Below, one piece after another: positions 1 to 11,125 of a stretch of 64,000 bases of DNA (the stretch's first letter is position 1; the number at the start of each line of letters is the position of its first letter). The DNA lies in the NCBI GenBank assembly GCA_963833425.1, contig CAWHXP010000002.1:320001-384000 (forward strand), read 5' to 3'. Made by a program: the position numbers and the translations under genes. Under the pieces are notes generated by a model. That model did not search any database. It worked only from the letters and a program-made list of their open reading frames with translations, and was not told the origin of the DNA. The DNA is from an uncultured Methanosarcinaceae archaeon (GTDB lineage Archaea > Halobacteriota > Methanosarcinia > Methanosarcinales > Methanosarcinaceae).

Positions 1-708
1 TTTTGCATTCTCAACAATTTCCGGCATTCCTGTGTGAACGCGTTCTTTATCAATGATCACCCCTTCTATAATTTTGGAGTCCCCAATACTCCCACCTGGC
101 CTCTTTTCAATCTTGATATCTTCGATATCTACAGTGAGTTTCCCATCTTCGCTCACATCAACAACCGACTTAACAGCCTTAACTGCAAGCCTGGAAAGGT
201 GTTCCTTATTAGCCTCTGCACCTTTTCCTGTTATAGCTGTGGCTGCAAGTTTTTCTAGAGTTATAGTGTCTTCTGGGGATGCGCTAATAGTAATGGTTTC
301 AATTATCCTTGCTGCCTGATCTGCTGCAAGCCTATAACCGCTTGCAATCACTGTGGGGTGTACACCGCTTTCTAGCAGGGATTCTGCCTTTGTTAGGAAT
401 TCTCCTGCGAGCACAGCTGCTGTGGTGGTTCCATCTCCGACTTCAGCGTCCTGAGTCTTGGCCACTTCTACGATCATCTTTGCACCTGGGTGCTCGATGT
501 CCATTTCTTTGAGGATTGTTGCTCCATCATTGGTGATAACCACATCACCTAGGGAGTCTACAAGCATCTTGTCCATACCCTTCGGCCCAAGAGTGGTCCT
601 TACTGCCTCAGCTACTGCCTTCGCGGCCATAATATTGTTATGCTGGGCATCGGAACCATGAGTTCTCTTGCTGCCTTCCCTTAAAATAAAGATCGGTTGT
701 GCTGCCAA
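1..708 (-). CDS. ths: Thermosome (group II chaperonin) subunit, 5' part; runs off the window start
   Basis: Not in the ORF track. Manual translation from TTG at 708 (RBS GGAGA upstream) gives [16 protein letters not shown]...[15 protein letters not shown]...ITNDGATIL...[15 protein letters not shown], the chaperonin ATP-binding signatures. Which subunit paralog is not determined. Confidence 0.95.
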   Translation of the reverse strand, partial: MAAQPIFILREGSKRTHGSDAQHNNIMAAKAVAEAVRTTLGPKGMDKMLVDSLGDVVITNDGATILKEMDIEHPGAKMIVEVAKTQDAEVGDGTTTAAVLAGEFLTKAESLLESGVHPTVIASGYRLAADQAARIIETITISASPEDTITLEKLAATAITGKGAEANKEHLSRLAVKAVKSVVDVSEDGKLTVDIEDIKIEKRPGGSIGDSKIIEGVIIDKERVHTGMPEIVENAK

Positions 709-1046
709 GCTTAAATCTCCTTTTAATGATATGAATTTATATGAATTTTTATTAATCATATTCCTAAGCACATTATTTTTGTGCGTAATTTTCCTATTCT
801 TAATGCAAGCACTTCTATATAAGAATTCCTCTGAAATTTGGTCTTGAATATGGGAAATTGAGCCACCTGAATCTTTTAACTTTAGACTGAAAGTATTCAC
901 TAATTCCTAATGAAACCCAATCCTTTTTTAGCTCGAATGATTTGACAAAACTCATTGTATAATAAAATTTGATCATATATTCCACAAACTAGGCCCGTTT
1001 TTGTCACAATTAAGCTATTATATTCCCAAAATTATCACAAATATAC

Positions 1047-1231
1047 ATTACTATTCAGGTAGCTTTGTGAGTGACCACACAATTTTTCCTAGGAAAGAGG
1101 AAAATCGGATGTAAAATGAATTATTTTTATTGCTGATGAAAAAGAAGAGATTCTGTTATGTGTGCTCAAATCCTAAAGTTATTGCTTATATTGAGAGTCT
1201 TGAATCTCAAATTAAAAAACCTACTGAAAGA
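1047..1231 (+). pseudogene. IS66-family element relic (left end plus transposase N-terminus), cut by a MITE
   Basis: TTACTATTCAGG resembles an IS66 terminal repeat. It is followed by frameshifted EEIL..SNPKVIAYIESLESQIKKPTER, similar to the N-termini of Methanosarcina IS66 transposases (from memory). Confidence 0.55.
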
Positions 1232-1234
1232 TCA

Positions 1235-1290
1235 GAGAATTTCAGTAAACCTCTGATTTTCACGAGTCATTTAGATCCAATCTATAAGTA
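1235..1290. mobile_element. Truncated MITE (IS5-type terminal repeat)
   Basis: GAGAATTTCAGTAAACCTCTGATTTTCACGAGTCATTT matches the starts of the MITEs at 4440 and 51455. Confidence 0.65.
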
Positions 1291-1434
1291 CATCTCCACA
1301 AAAATTTCATCTTTTTTCTCAATATGATAGTAGCTTAAAAATTAATCAAGCTCTCAAGAATAATCGTGGGCAAATAGGCAAATGAATTGAACATCTGTGT
1401 ACATTTCAGAATTATAAATTTCTATTAAACTTTA

Positions 1435-1523
1435 TAAAATATCTATAAACCTCAGATTTCAACAAATTGCTGATATAGACTATAATACAACTGGCCAAAA
1501 AAAGGGGGTTTCTCGAAATCCTT
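1435..1523. mobile_element. 89-bp MITE, reverse orientation relative to the copies at 49606 and 59094
   Basis: Degenerate TIRs (..ATAAACCTC / GGTTTCTCGAAATCCT), internal similarity to the 59094 copy, TTTA direct repeats at 1431-1434 and 1524-1527. Confidence 0.75.
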
Positions 1524-1756
1524 TTTAGTATTCTGCTATATCCGAATATGCCAATCAAGTTGATCAAGAAAAAATTTATAGATATGAATTTTTTAAACAT
1601 ATTGCTCATATATCTTTTTTAATAAATATCATCTATTTTCGTAAAAAATACATTTAGGCATGTTATTCAAAAAATATCACGATTGTTTTTAATATAACCC
1701 TTATTGTTTCAAAAAAATCTAAGTTCAAAACCTAAAAATAAGCTCAAGAGAGTTTA

Positions 1757-3025
1757 TCAATTAATATCTTTTCTGAATGGAAGTGTCTGCCCCCCGTAAG
1801 GCATCAGATGAATCTTTGCATCAGGTTTTTCTAGAAGGACTACAGAAAGAGCTTCTTTCAAGTTTGGTAGCGGAGTAAAGAATGCATTTCTAGTTTGTTC
1901 CTTAGAGAGTTTTGATATCAGGTAAATATTGAATTTTTTTGAAATATTTGCAACAATTGCACTCTTATGCCCTCCGAACTCAAAACAATGTTTGAAACGC
2001 TCGATTGCATCCTCAGGGCTCTGGCATTCTTTATTCCAGCATTCATATACCTGGTTTCCGATTCCCTCTGCGCATTCAGCTACAAGGATAACGGAACCCC
2101 CCTCCTTTACTGCCTTGGTTGCATTATCAAGAGCTTTAGTTGCCTGGAAAAGGTTGACATCCTTCGGAAATCCACCACAAGAAACTATAACTGCGTCAGC
2201 GGGTTCAACAGGTACCTTGTACATGGAATCCACACACTCAGCCCCTTTTCTGTGGGCTTCGATAAAATTACCAGCAACCGCAGCAACTATCTCTTTTTTG
2301 CTATCAAGCACCACATTCAGGATAAAGTCAAGGCCAAATATTTTTGCAGCTTCTTCCATATCTTGCCTGACAGCACCGTCAACTCTTCCGGAAATAGAGT
2401 TTTCGTCAAACATCATTTTGTGATTTGTGATCACGGATTCTTGTGAACTTATACCCGGAAGTACTGATTTTGCCCCACCACTATACCCTGCATAATAATG
2501 AAATTCAATATTTCCGGTCCCTATAATAATATCCGCATCCATAACGTCTTCAAATATTTCTACAGGGGTTCCACGTGACGTCAAGCCAATACGTTTACAT
2601 CTTTGAGTGTCATGCTGGATACACAATATTTTTTTATATATTCCCTCTCCGACAATTTTTTTTAACTCCTCTTCAGTTTGCTTGCGGTGGAGCCCGAGTG
2701 CAAAGACAATGCTTATGTTCTCGTTCTTTGCCCCACTCATATAAAGCTCTTCAAGCAAAGGAGGAAGGATTTTTGCAGTTGGAGTTGGCCTTGTTACATC
2801 GCTTACGATGATTGAGATGCTGGAATTTGGGCCAACAATCTCCGAAAGGCGCCTACTTTTTATAGGATTTTCAAGCGCTTTTTTGATCAAAAAAGCTGTT
2901 TCCGCTAGATTTTCAAATTCTGGAGGTAAGATAATACTGGAGATATTCCTTTTAGGAATTTCCAGCTCAATTACCGTATTCCCGAAAGCTAGTGGGATTT
3001 TGTCCATATTTGTAGTCATACTCAC
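1757..3025 (-). CDS. larA: Nickel-pincer-dependent lactate racemase (LarA) family protein
   Basis: Motifs SDVTRPTP, ALGLHR, FHYYAGYSGGAKSVLPG, GGFPKDVNLFQATKAL, GGHK. True start may be a few codons downstream. Confidence 0.9.
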   Translation of the reverse strand: MSMTTNMDKIPLAFGNTVIELEIPKRNISSIILPPEFENLAETAFLIKKALENPIKSRRLSEIVGPNSSISIIVSDVTRPTPTAKILPPLLEELYMSGAKNENISIVFALGLHRKQTEEELKKIVGEGIYKKILCIQHDTQRCKRIGLTSRGTPVEIFEDVMDADIIIGTGNIEFHYYAGYSGGAKSVLPGISSQESVITNHKMMFDENSISGRVDGAVRQDMEEAAKIFGLDFILNVVLDSKKEIVAAVAGNFIEAHRKGAECVDSMYKVPVEPADAVIVSCGGFPKDVNLFQATKALDNATKAVKEGGSVILVAECAEGIGNQVYECWNKECQSPEDAIERFKHCFEFGGHKSAIVANISKKFNIYLISKLSKEQTRNAFFTPLPNLKEALSVVLLEKPDAKIHLMPYGGQTLPFRKDIN

Positions 3026-3379
3026 GCCAAGATTTTGTGTTAATGCTATAAAATGATGTAATTAAGCAATAAAGATTAGAAAACTTAAACCTGCGTGTTG
3101 AGTATCAAATGTGTGGTTCAAAGAAGCAGTAAAAGTATTATTTGTTTGTGTATAATATAATTATTGTTTTATCAATCATTTCATCCAATTTCCGAGATTT
3201 AAACCAGAATGCCGCCTATTTTCTCAATATGACACTATATTAAAAATTAATCTAACTTCTAATAAATAACAGTTTGAGAGTGGGCAAACAAATTACATAT
3301 ATCTGTACATCTGCAAAATGTTGGCTGTATACAACATCAATACATTTTTTGACCTTAATTTTATTTTAGAACTATATCC

Positions 3380-3810
3380 ATATTTATTATGCTAGCAAAA
3401 ACATACCGAAGCTTTTTCATCACGTATAAAGGTATATGAAAACTTCGTTTATGTGGAATCTAAAATTAGTGAGTATACTGTAACTGGCATAAAGTATTTT
3501 GATTTATCTAAATATTTTCAGATTAAACGATTGGAAGCAAAAGCAAGAACTGTTCTGAAGAAGTTGCAAAGAGTAGAAGATATCAGGAGGCGATCTTAAA
3601 AATAAAAACCTTTCTAAAAAATCAGGGGTCTCTACTAGTTGACTGAGATTGATTCTCCTTCAGGACTAAGCTCGAAGAGCTTAATGATAAGGAAGCAATT
3701 GAGCTACAAAAATGTTTGATCATACATGGAAGATAATTATTTTGTATAAAATCAAACATAAATTCGACACTTGCAAGAGCACTTGCTTCTATACATTAAA
3801 ATGTAACATC
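3380..3810 (+). pseudogene. IS1634-like transposase relic
   Basis: Fragmentary frames LEAKARTVLKKLQ and SFRTKLEELNDKEAIEL..GR*LFCIKSN resemble Methanosarcina IS1634 transposases; many stops and frameshifts. Boundaries approximate. Confidence 0.55.
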
Positions 3811-4224
3811 ATTACACTGAAAACTTATCATGAAAATGTCACCCATGTAATGATAGACTACCACTACTTTTATAACGTAACATAAGTTTAAACAACATCT
3901 TGAAAAAATAGTATTTTCTTAGAACTATTTAAAATAAATTTAGGGCCCTACAGATCGATAGAATTTGATAATTGACCATATGTTTTCATCTTAATATCGT
4001 TTTCTCAGTTAAGGTGAAGATTGAAAATTATGTAATAATTACCTTCTTTCAAATATCTAACAATCTCCAATTATAGAGTCACTGGGATGAAATTCCAGGA
4101 ATAAAGTGAACGTGATCTTCTCCCACTTTTACAGAATTAATTTTGCAGCCTTGTTCCGTGCAAACAACGATAAAGATAAACAAGCAATCCTTTTTATTTC
4201 GCTGATTGTAGAATATAGAGGATT

Positions 4225-4420
4225 TCTAAAATCATCCTGGAATATCCAAGAATCACGTTGAAGCAAAAAATTTGCTTTCCCCATCCATTTTAACTGTTTC
4301 CATTTATGTCCAGTTGACCTTGGACTTTATTCCTGCTTGTGTCTCATAGCGAAGCTGAGCAGGATCGCTCTGTTTTGGCATAGCATATCTTATGAAATCT
4401 TTGAAAATAATTTATCTCTC
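4225..4420 (-). pseudogene. IS21-family IstA transposase relic
   Basis: Minus strand reads PAQLRYETQAGIKSKVNW and (shifted) FCFNVILGYSRM, matching the IstA RxETxPGxQxQVDW...LGYSR pattern. Confidence 0.7.
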
Positions 4421-4439
4421 CTTTAAAATTAATTTCTTT

Positions 4440-4527
4440 GAGATTTTGATAAATCTCTGATTTTCATGAGTCATATATATATAATTTGTAACCATATGAC
4501 GAAATTTAGGGGTTTATTAAAATCCTC
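4440..4527. mobile_element. ~88-bp MITE (subfamily 2)
   Basis: GAGATTTTGATAAATCTC ... GGGGTTTATTAAAATCCTC terminal inverted repeats. Confidence 0.75.
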
Positions 4528-5102
4528 TATAGGAAAAAATCGAAGAATATAAAATATCGACAAGTAGACTTGAAAAGCAGAAATTAACACACAGACGGGA
4601 TAATTATAGATAAGTCAATAATAGAGTCAGAGTCTCAAGAAAGATAATTAAATTTTCAAAAAAAATAAAGTGATTGAAATAAAGTGAATGATTAGTCATA
4701 TGAAGCTCTAATTCACTCATTTGAACTTTCGTGGAGAGTATAGTGAATTAACTTATGAGGATGAACGAAAAATTAAATTCAAAAATACATCTTCTAGAGA
4801 ATGTAATATTGTAGAATCAAAGCAAACATTAAGGGATCTAAAGGCATTTAGGTATTTCAAATATCAACCGGTAAACAACCGATAAAAGTAAGCGACTAAA
4901 AGTTATATTGATAGGAATAAGTGTACAAGCTATGGGAAATACAAAGCTATTTGTCCAAAAGATTTGAGGTTTTATTCCATCGAAAAAAGTAAGAAGAGGG
5001 TATTTTTTTTGAAGGATTTGTCTTATTACCGGGGGTATAGAATGTTTGTGAGGATCTTTATAGAGATAAAATCAACCTTATTAACTGATTTAAAAAAAAG
5101 GA

Positions 5103-5834
5103 TTGAGACATTTGTCGCTTGAGATCCGTGTAGTGCTTGTAGAACCCATGTACCAGGGAAATATCGGATCTGTTGCAAGGGCAATGAAGAACTTTGGATA
5201 TACTAACCTTGTGCTGGTAAATCCATGTAAACTCGAGGGAGAAGCAAGAGCAATGGCATCTCATGCGAGGGATATTCTTGAAGATGCACGGGTTACCTTA
5301 AGTTTTGATGATGCTGTAGAAGGTTCAAATCTGCTGATAGGAACAACTGGAGTTTCTAGCATTAAGGTTGGAGAACACTTCCGCCTTCCGCTCTACACAT
5401 CCAGAGAACTCAAAGAGAAACTCAAAGAGCATAGTGGAACCGCTTCTATTATTTTTGGTAGAGAAAACACCGGCTTCCGAAAAGATGAACTCAAAAATTT
5501 TGATATGCTCATTACGGTTCCAACCTCTGAACTATATCCCATAATGAATCTTTCCCATGCGGTTGCAGTTGTACTTTACGAACTTTCGGAGCTGATAGGG
5601 GGAAACAATCCGCTTGCAGATAGATTTGACCTACAGCTTCTGTACGGGCATTTGGAAGAACTGTTGGAGAAAATAGACTATCCTCTCCACAAAAAAGACA
5701 AAACTTCTCTTATGCTGCGGAGAATATTCGGAAGATCTGGCCTGACTCCTAGAGAAGTTCAAACTTTGAGGGGTATAATAAGGAAAATAGAGAGAAAAAT
5801 GGGATGCTCAATAAAAGAATTTGAGAGCTTGTAA
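5103..5834 (+). CDS. trmJ: SPOUT RNA methyltransferase, TrmJ/TrmH group 1
   Basis: VLVEPMYQGNIGSVARAMKNFG, IFGRENTG and YPIMNLSHAV motifs. Likely start TTG 5112. Confidence 0.92.
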   Translation: MRHLSLEIRVVLVEPMYQGNIGSVARAMKNFGYTNLVLVNPCKLEGEARAMASHARDILEDARVTLSFDDAVEGSNLLIGTTGVSSIKVGEHFRLPLYTSRELKEKLKEHSGTASIIFGRENTGFRKDELKNFDMLITVPTSELYPIMNLSHAVAVVLYELSELIGGNNPLADRFDLQLLYGHLEELLEKIDYPLHKKDKTSLMLRRIFGRSGLTPREVQTLRGIIRKIERKMGCSIKEFESL

Positions 5835-5995
5835 TAGAAAATCCGTAAAAAATGGAAAAGTTCATATGAGAATAAGCATGTTCTTACATTGAATTTTATT
5901 ATCGTTTTTTTCAATATTTTGAAGCATTTTGCGCAAAACTAGTTTGAAGAAAAATGAGATTTTTACATAAATGTCAAAGTAGTTCCGAGAATAAT

Positions 5996-8104
5996 ATGAC
6001 TGAAAAAGAAAGTAAGTGGGAAGAAAAGCTAAAAAGGTTTTTTAAGGACTACTATTGGAATGAAATTCTCCAGCTTGCAAACGAGTATCCTGACCAAAGA
6101 AGCCTTGGCGTGGATTTTACAGATATAGAGAAATTTGACAGAGAGCTTTCAAAGGAGTTTCTTGAGCATCCTGGAGAACTTATAAAAGATGCTGAGGTTG
6201 CATTGAAAGAAATAGATCTTCCTGTAGAAAAAAACCTCGAACAGGCTCATGTAAGGATAATAAAAATCCCGAATAGAATACCAATAAGAAATTTGAGAAG
6301 TAAACATCTTTCGCGCTTTGTTGCTATTGAAGGCATGATAAGGAAAGCTACTGAGGTCAGGCCAAGAATTACGAAAGCTGCTTTCCAGTGTCTCAGATGC
6401 GGACATCTGACCCTTGTGGAGCAAAGCAGCTTCAAATTTGAGGAGCCCTTTGCAGGTTGCGAAGATGAAACGTGCGGAAAGAAAGGACCTTTTAAAATTA
6501 TAATAGAGGAATCTACTTTCATCGATGCCCAGAAACTCCAGATTCAGGAATCACCTGAAAATCTCAAAGGAGGGTCTCAGCCTCAGAGTCTGGAAGTTGA
6601 TTCTGATGATGACCTAACAGGAAACGTCACTCCTGGGGATAGGGTTATAATTAATGGGATCTTGAAATCTGTCCAACGTACGTTAAAAGATGGGAAATCT
6701 ACTTTCTATGACCTTGTACTCCAAGCAAGTTCTATCGAACGCCTGGATAGGGATTATGACGAACTTGAAATAACTGCAGAAGACGAAGTAAAAATTCTTG
6801 AACTTTCCAGTGACCCTGCAATCTACGACAAAATTGTCAGTTCTGTTGCACCTTCAATCTACGGGTACGAGGATATAAAAGAAGCTCTTTCACTTCAATT
6901 ATTTTCAGGCGTGGTGAAAAATCTTCCTGATGGTTCTAGGATCAGAGGAGATATTCATGTGATGCTTGTAGGAGACCCTGGAATTGCAAAAAGCCAGCTA
7001 TTGCGATATGTGGTCAAACTCTCCCCAAGAGGAGTCTTTACTTCAGGGCGGAGTGCATCTGCAAGCGGGTTGACTGCAGCTGCCGTAAAAGATGACCTAA
7101 ATGACGGGAGATGGACAATAGAAGGCGGAGCCCTTGTTATGGCTGATATGGGAGTTGCTGCAGTTGATGAAATGGACAAAATGAAGTCAGAGGATAAGAG
7201 CGCCCTGCACGAGGCAATGGAGCAGCAGACTATAAGTATAGCCAAAGCTGGGATTATTGCTACTCTTAAGTCTCGTTGCGCTCTTCTAGGAGCTGCAAAT
7301 CCAAAATATGGGCGTTTTGACCGTTATGAAGGTCTTGCAGAACAAATAAACATGCCTCCAGCTCTGCTCTCTCGTTTTGATCTGATCTTTGTTTTGCTCG
7401 ATACCCCAAACCATGCTCTGGACAGTAGGATTGCAAACCATATTCTTCAGTCTCATTATGCAGGAGAACTTTTCGAGCAGCGTCAAAAACTTCCTGGTTC
7501 CCATATTACGGAAGATTTTGTCGAAGCCGAAATGGAGGTTATCGAGCCTATCATAGATCCTGAAATCATGCAAAAGTATGTTGCATATGCTCGTAAAAAT
7601 GTTTTCCCTGTAATGGAGAGCAACGCACGTGATCGCCTAATGAAATTTTATACAGATCTTCGAAAAACAGGAGAAGGCAAAGATACCCCCGTACCAGTAA
7701 CAGCCAGACAGCTTGAAGCCCTTGTCCGTCTGTCGGAAGCGAGTGCAAGAGTCCGTCTGAGCAATAAAGCTACTCTTGAGGATGCAGAACGAACTATCAA
7801 AATAGTTATGAATTGTCTGAAAAACGTCGGTATTGACCCTGATACAGGAGCCCTTGATGCAGACATTATCGCATCTGGCACAAGCATGAGCCAAAGGAAC
7901 AAGATAAAATCCTTGAGAGACATTATTAAAAAGGTAAGTGAGAGGCATCCAGGAAAAGAAGGAGCTCCATTGGAAGAAGTGTATACAGAAGCTGAAAGCA
8001 AGCATGGAATAGATAGAACTCATGCAGAAGAGTATATCAAGAAAATGAAACAGGGAGGGGATATTCTTTCCCCAGATCAAAAACATATAAGACTCGTTAA
8101 TTGA
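5996..8104 (+). CDS. mcm: Replicative helicase MCM
   Basis: Zn finger CLRCG..C..C, Walker A GDPGIAKS, Walker B AVDEMDKM, arginine finger SRFD, TARQLEALVRL. No intein apparent. Confidence 0.98.
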   Translation: MTEKESKWEEKLKRFFKDYYWNEILQLANEYPDQRSLGVDFTDIEKFDRELSKEFLEHPGELIKDAEVALKEIDLPVEKNLEQAHVRIIKIPNRIPIRNLRSKHLSRFVAIEGMIRKATEVRPRITKAAFQCLRCGHLTLVEQSSFKFEEPFAGCEDETCGKKGPFKIIIEESTFIDAQKLQIQESPENLKGGSQPQSLEVDSDDDLTGNVTPGDRVIINGILKSVQRTLKDGKSTFYDLVLQASSIERLDRDYDELEITAEDEVKILELSSDPAIYDKIVSSVAPSIYGYEDIKEALSLQLFSGVVKNLPDGSRIRGDIHVMLVGDPGIAKSQLLRYVVKLSPRGVFTSGRSASASGLTAAAVKDDLNDGRWTIEGGALVMADMGVAAVDEMDKMKSEDKSALHEAMEQQTISIAKAGIIATLKSRCALLGAANPKYGRFDRYEGLAEQINMPPALLSRFDLIFVLLDTPNHALDSRIANHILQSHYAGELFEQRQKLPGSHITEDFVEAEMEVIEPIIDPEIMQKYVAYARKNVFPVMESNARDRLMKFYTDLRKTGEGKDTPVPVTARQLEALVRLSEASARVRLSNKATLEDAERTIKIVMNCLKNVGIDPDTGALDADIIASGTSMSQRNKIKSLRDIIKKVSERHPGKEGAPLEEVYTEAESKHGIDRTHAEEYIKKMKQGGDILSPDQKHIRLVN

Positions 8105-8246
8105 TTTTGAGATTGAGTGAAATTCCGAAAAGTAAGTTAAAAATATCTTCCCAAAGCACCAAAGAAAATACCACACATCGCAACTATGTGGACACGGTCA
8201 AGCTGTAAATACTAAAAAGAAATAAAATACTACTGGGATGTAGAAT

Positions 8247-8537
8247 ATGTATCTAAAGATCTATAAAAATGGAGGGCAGGTTCTTATCGCGGCCTGCGAT
8301 AAGGAAGTGCTTGGAAAAAAACTGAAATACGGCAATTCTGTAGTGGAGATTAGCAAGGCCTTTTATGGAGGGGCATATGTCTCAGAGGAAGAACTTCAGA
8401 CATCTCTTCACGAGGCCACGACTGTAAATCTCTTTGGGGAAAAAACTATCAAATGTGCTATAAAGTGCGGATTTATTGATCCGGATTCAGTGATAATGAT
8501 CGATTACGTACCTCATGCCCAGAACTTCAGGATTTGA
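8247..8537 (+). CDS. DUF424 family protein
   Basis: 96 aa with LIAACDKEVLGK, FYGG, NLFG..I..A...G..D and VPHAQ pattern. Confidence 0.85.
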   Translation: MYLKIYKNGGQVLIAACDKEVLGKKLKYGNSVVEISKAFYGGAYVSEEELQTSLHEATTVNLFGEKTIKCAIKCGFIDPDSVIMIDYVPHAQNFRI

Positions 8538-8665
8538 TAAGATACCTTGGAAAGATACCGGAAGACTAAAATTCGGCAGAAATCAGTTGGTTTAGTTTTT
8601 GCAGGCGGATATAGATCGGAAGATAATAACTTCGTTATAGAATGTAAATTACAGATTGTGATACC

Positions 8666-9289
8666 GTGAATGAAAAAATCGAAAAAATTGGGATCATAGT
8701 GTCAACAGAAGAGGAGCTGATATCAGCAGTTATGGAGAAACACAGACGGTTTCTGGGAGATGATAGAAAGAAATTCGAAGAAATAAACAGCAGATTGAAC
8801 CAGATCGAAGAGGACGCTAAAAATTTAAAAAATTCCAAAATCAAGTTTATGGAAAGAAAAGAAATTCTGAAGGAGAAGCGACAACAGTTTTACCATCAAG
8901 CTGAAGCATTGCTTGAAAGGGAGCTTTTTCCGAAACTAAACCAAACAACTGCAAATAAACTCAAGGAAGATATTAAAAAACTCAAAGGCCAGGTAGAACC
9001 TGATGAGGAACAAAAACTTAAAGACTTATTTATAGAAAACCTGCGCGAAACTGCTCGAGTAACTAAGCTTGAAGAAAATCTTTTTCTACAAATCCAGGTT
9101 AGATTAGAGGAAGCAAAAAATTCAAATCTCGAACTCAAAGGAATAGTTGGATCTGAAAAACAGTTTGAAGAAGATGATAACAGCAAAAATGAAGAGATTT
9201 CCAAAAGCAAATCTCAGCACAAATGGTTTAATAGCAAAATAAAAAATCACGAAGAAGCCTTGAATTATTGGGAAAAATTTAAAAAATAA
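8666..9289 (+). CDS. Hypothetical coiled-coil protein
   Basis: 207-aa K/E-rich ORF with heptad character, co-directional with neighbours. Confidence 0.8.
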   Translation: MNEKIEKIGIIVSTEEELISAVMEKHRRFLGDDRKKFEEINSRLNQIEEDAKNLKNSKIKFMERKEILKEKRQQFYHQAEALLERELFPKLNQTTANKLKEDIKKLKGQVEPDEEQKLKDLFIENLRETARVTKLEENLFLQIQVRLEEAKNSNLELKGIVGSEKQFEEDDNSKNEEISKSKSQHKWFNSKIKNHEEALNYWEKFKK

Positions 9290-9320
9290 CCATTTTTCGA
9301 AAACTTGCGAGTGGTATTAC

Positions 9321-10283
9321 ATGAATAACGACGTTTCAACTACAGACATTGCAACGGCCGACCTTTCAAACCTTAGCGAACGGGAGCTGAAGTTAAAGGT
9401 AAACGAAATTAGGAGCAGGATAGAGAAAAACGAAAGGCAGTTAGCTTCGATATTTAAAGAACTGAAAATAAATAGAACTGATGTAGACGAACTGAAGGAA
9501 AAGAGAGACTTTTTAAATCAGCAGGTAAAAGAAAAGGTTGCAAAAGCTCAGGAATTGAGATGTAGACGGGACGAGATTAACAAGGCAATTGGTAAGTACA
9601 AGGAAAAAAGAAGTGGCGTAAACTTGAAGACGCAAGAATTGTTTTCAGGAATTGCGGGACTCAAAGAACAGCGGGATGATTGCAATAAACTTTCCCATGG
9701 AAGTGTGGAATCTATCTCAAAGATATATGAAGCTGAACTAGATGCTTTCCTTAATAAAGAGCTTCTTCTTGCAGTGGAAATTAAGATTTTCCAGAAATTA
9801 AATGACCTCCGCAAACGCCTTGAAGCTGCAAAAAAAGCAAATGAATTGCACGCACAAATTCAGGACAGTTATAGAGAGTCTAAGGGAATCCATAAAGAGG
9901 GGGATGAGTTCCATGAAAAAATCCAAGCACTCTCTGACGAATCTCAGATCTGCCACTTAGAAATGCTCGAGAATTTCAAGTCCGCGGACGAAATCAGAAA
10001 AGAAGCAAACATGTACCACGCCAAGCTTGCAGAAAATATCACAAATATAAATAAAATCAAGGAAAAAATTGACCCACTTAAAACTAATATTGCTAGCAGT
10101 AGGAATGAAATCTCCCTCTATCTTGACAGATTGAAGGACTTGCAGCTCACTAAAGATGAACACAAAGTAAACCAAAAACATAGCGATGCTCGCGAAAAGC
10201 TCCAGAAAAACGCTCGTTTGAGCCTGGAAGACCTTAAACTCCTTATCGAAAAAGGAGATGTAAAATTCTCTACAAACCAGTAA
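9321..10283 (+). CDS. Archaeal coiled-coil protein (COG1340-like)
   Basis: Repeated ELKEKRD.LN..V, HEKIQAL...SQ..H..M...FK.ADEIRKEA...H and C-terminal RLSLEDLKLL typical of this family. Confidence 0.8.
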   Translation: MNNDVSTTDIATADLSNLSERELKLKVNEIRSRIEKNERQLASIFKELKINRTDVDELKEKRDFLNQQVKEKVAKAQELRCRRDEINKAIGKYKEKRSGVNLKTQELFSGIAGLKEQRDDCNKLSHGSVESISKIYEAELDAFLNKELLLAVEIKIFQKLNDLRKRLEAAKKANELHAQIQDSYRESKGIHKEGDEFHEKIQALSDESQICHLEMLENFKSADEIRKEANMYHAKLAENITNINKIKEKIDPLKTNIASSRNEISLYLDRLKDLQLTKDEHKVNQKHSDAREKLQKNARLSLEDLKLLIEKGDVKFSTNQ

Positions 10284-11125
10284 GAACTCGAGAAGTCTAA
10301 TGAATGTGGGATAAAAATATATTTTTGGGAATCTAGCTCCAAATTATTCCTTTTGCATCATAATTTCGTTCCAGACGTAGCTCATATTGTACCTACTATT
10401 CCTGTTAGCAAGCCCTGATTGAGCTTGATTTTTTTCGAATTAGACCGAAAGTTGAATGATCTTTCCCACTTTATTCAGATTTGAAATGGGTGAAGAAGAA
10501 ATATATTTAGAGATAAGTGGATTTTTCGGATAAATTATTATTTGCGAAATAATGATTTCTGGCTGAAAAAGTAAAATACTGAGAAGCAATTGCAAAAATT
10601 CAATATTCTAAAATTTTTTTTGAGTAAATTATATATATAGCTTTCTTCTTTTGAATATATTAATAGTTATTTGTCTTTCAAAGTATTGGTGTTAATCCCA
10701 CTTATGCGGTGTCTTCGCTAAATTCTGATATTTTGATCAAAAATATATCAATGCATAAGAAACTCACAAATTTTGCGATTATAACTATGCAACTCAATTC
10801 TATTATAATAAGAGTTAGAGATGTTATAACACACAGAATCAGATTGATGAATATTTCCCATAAGATGAAACGATCTGCGAATTATTCTTACTGATAATAA
10901 ATAAAAAGGAACTAAATTTGATAATGAAAAACTACTATCAATCACCATATATATATAAAGTTAGATCACATGTAATTTATACATATTATTTAAATTTGTA
11001 TTAGGGAATCAATTTACTATACAGGATTATAGATAGACTTCTGATTTTTGCGAGTCACTCATAGATCATTTATAAGCATATAACAAAATTTAGGAGCTCA
11101 CAGAAATTATCTATATCGTGCTAAT

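Noticed and set aside
34..661. Plus-strand ORFs at the window start, and the many antisense ORFs over mcm, smc, exosome genes and IS copies
   Set aside because: They are shadow frames of well-supported genes on the opposite strand.
5996..8104. Intein in MCM, or a replication origin nearby
   Set aside because: MCM length is normal with contiguous motifs; no cdc6 gene or ORB-like repeats recognised.
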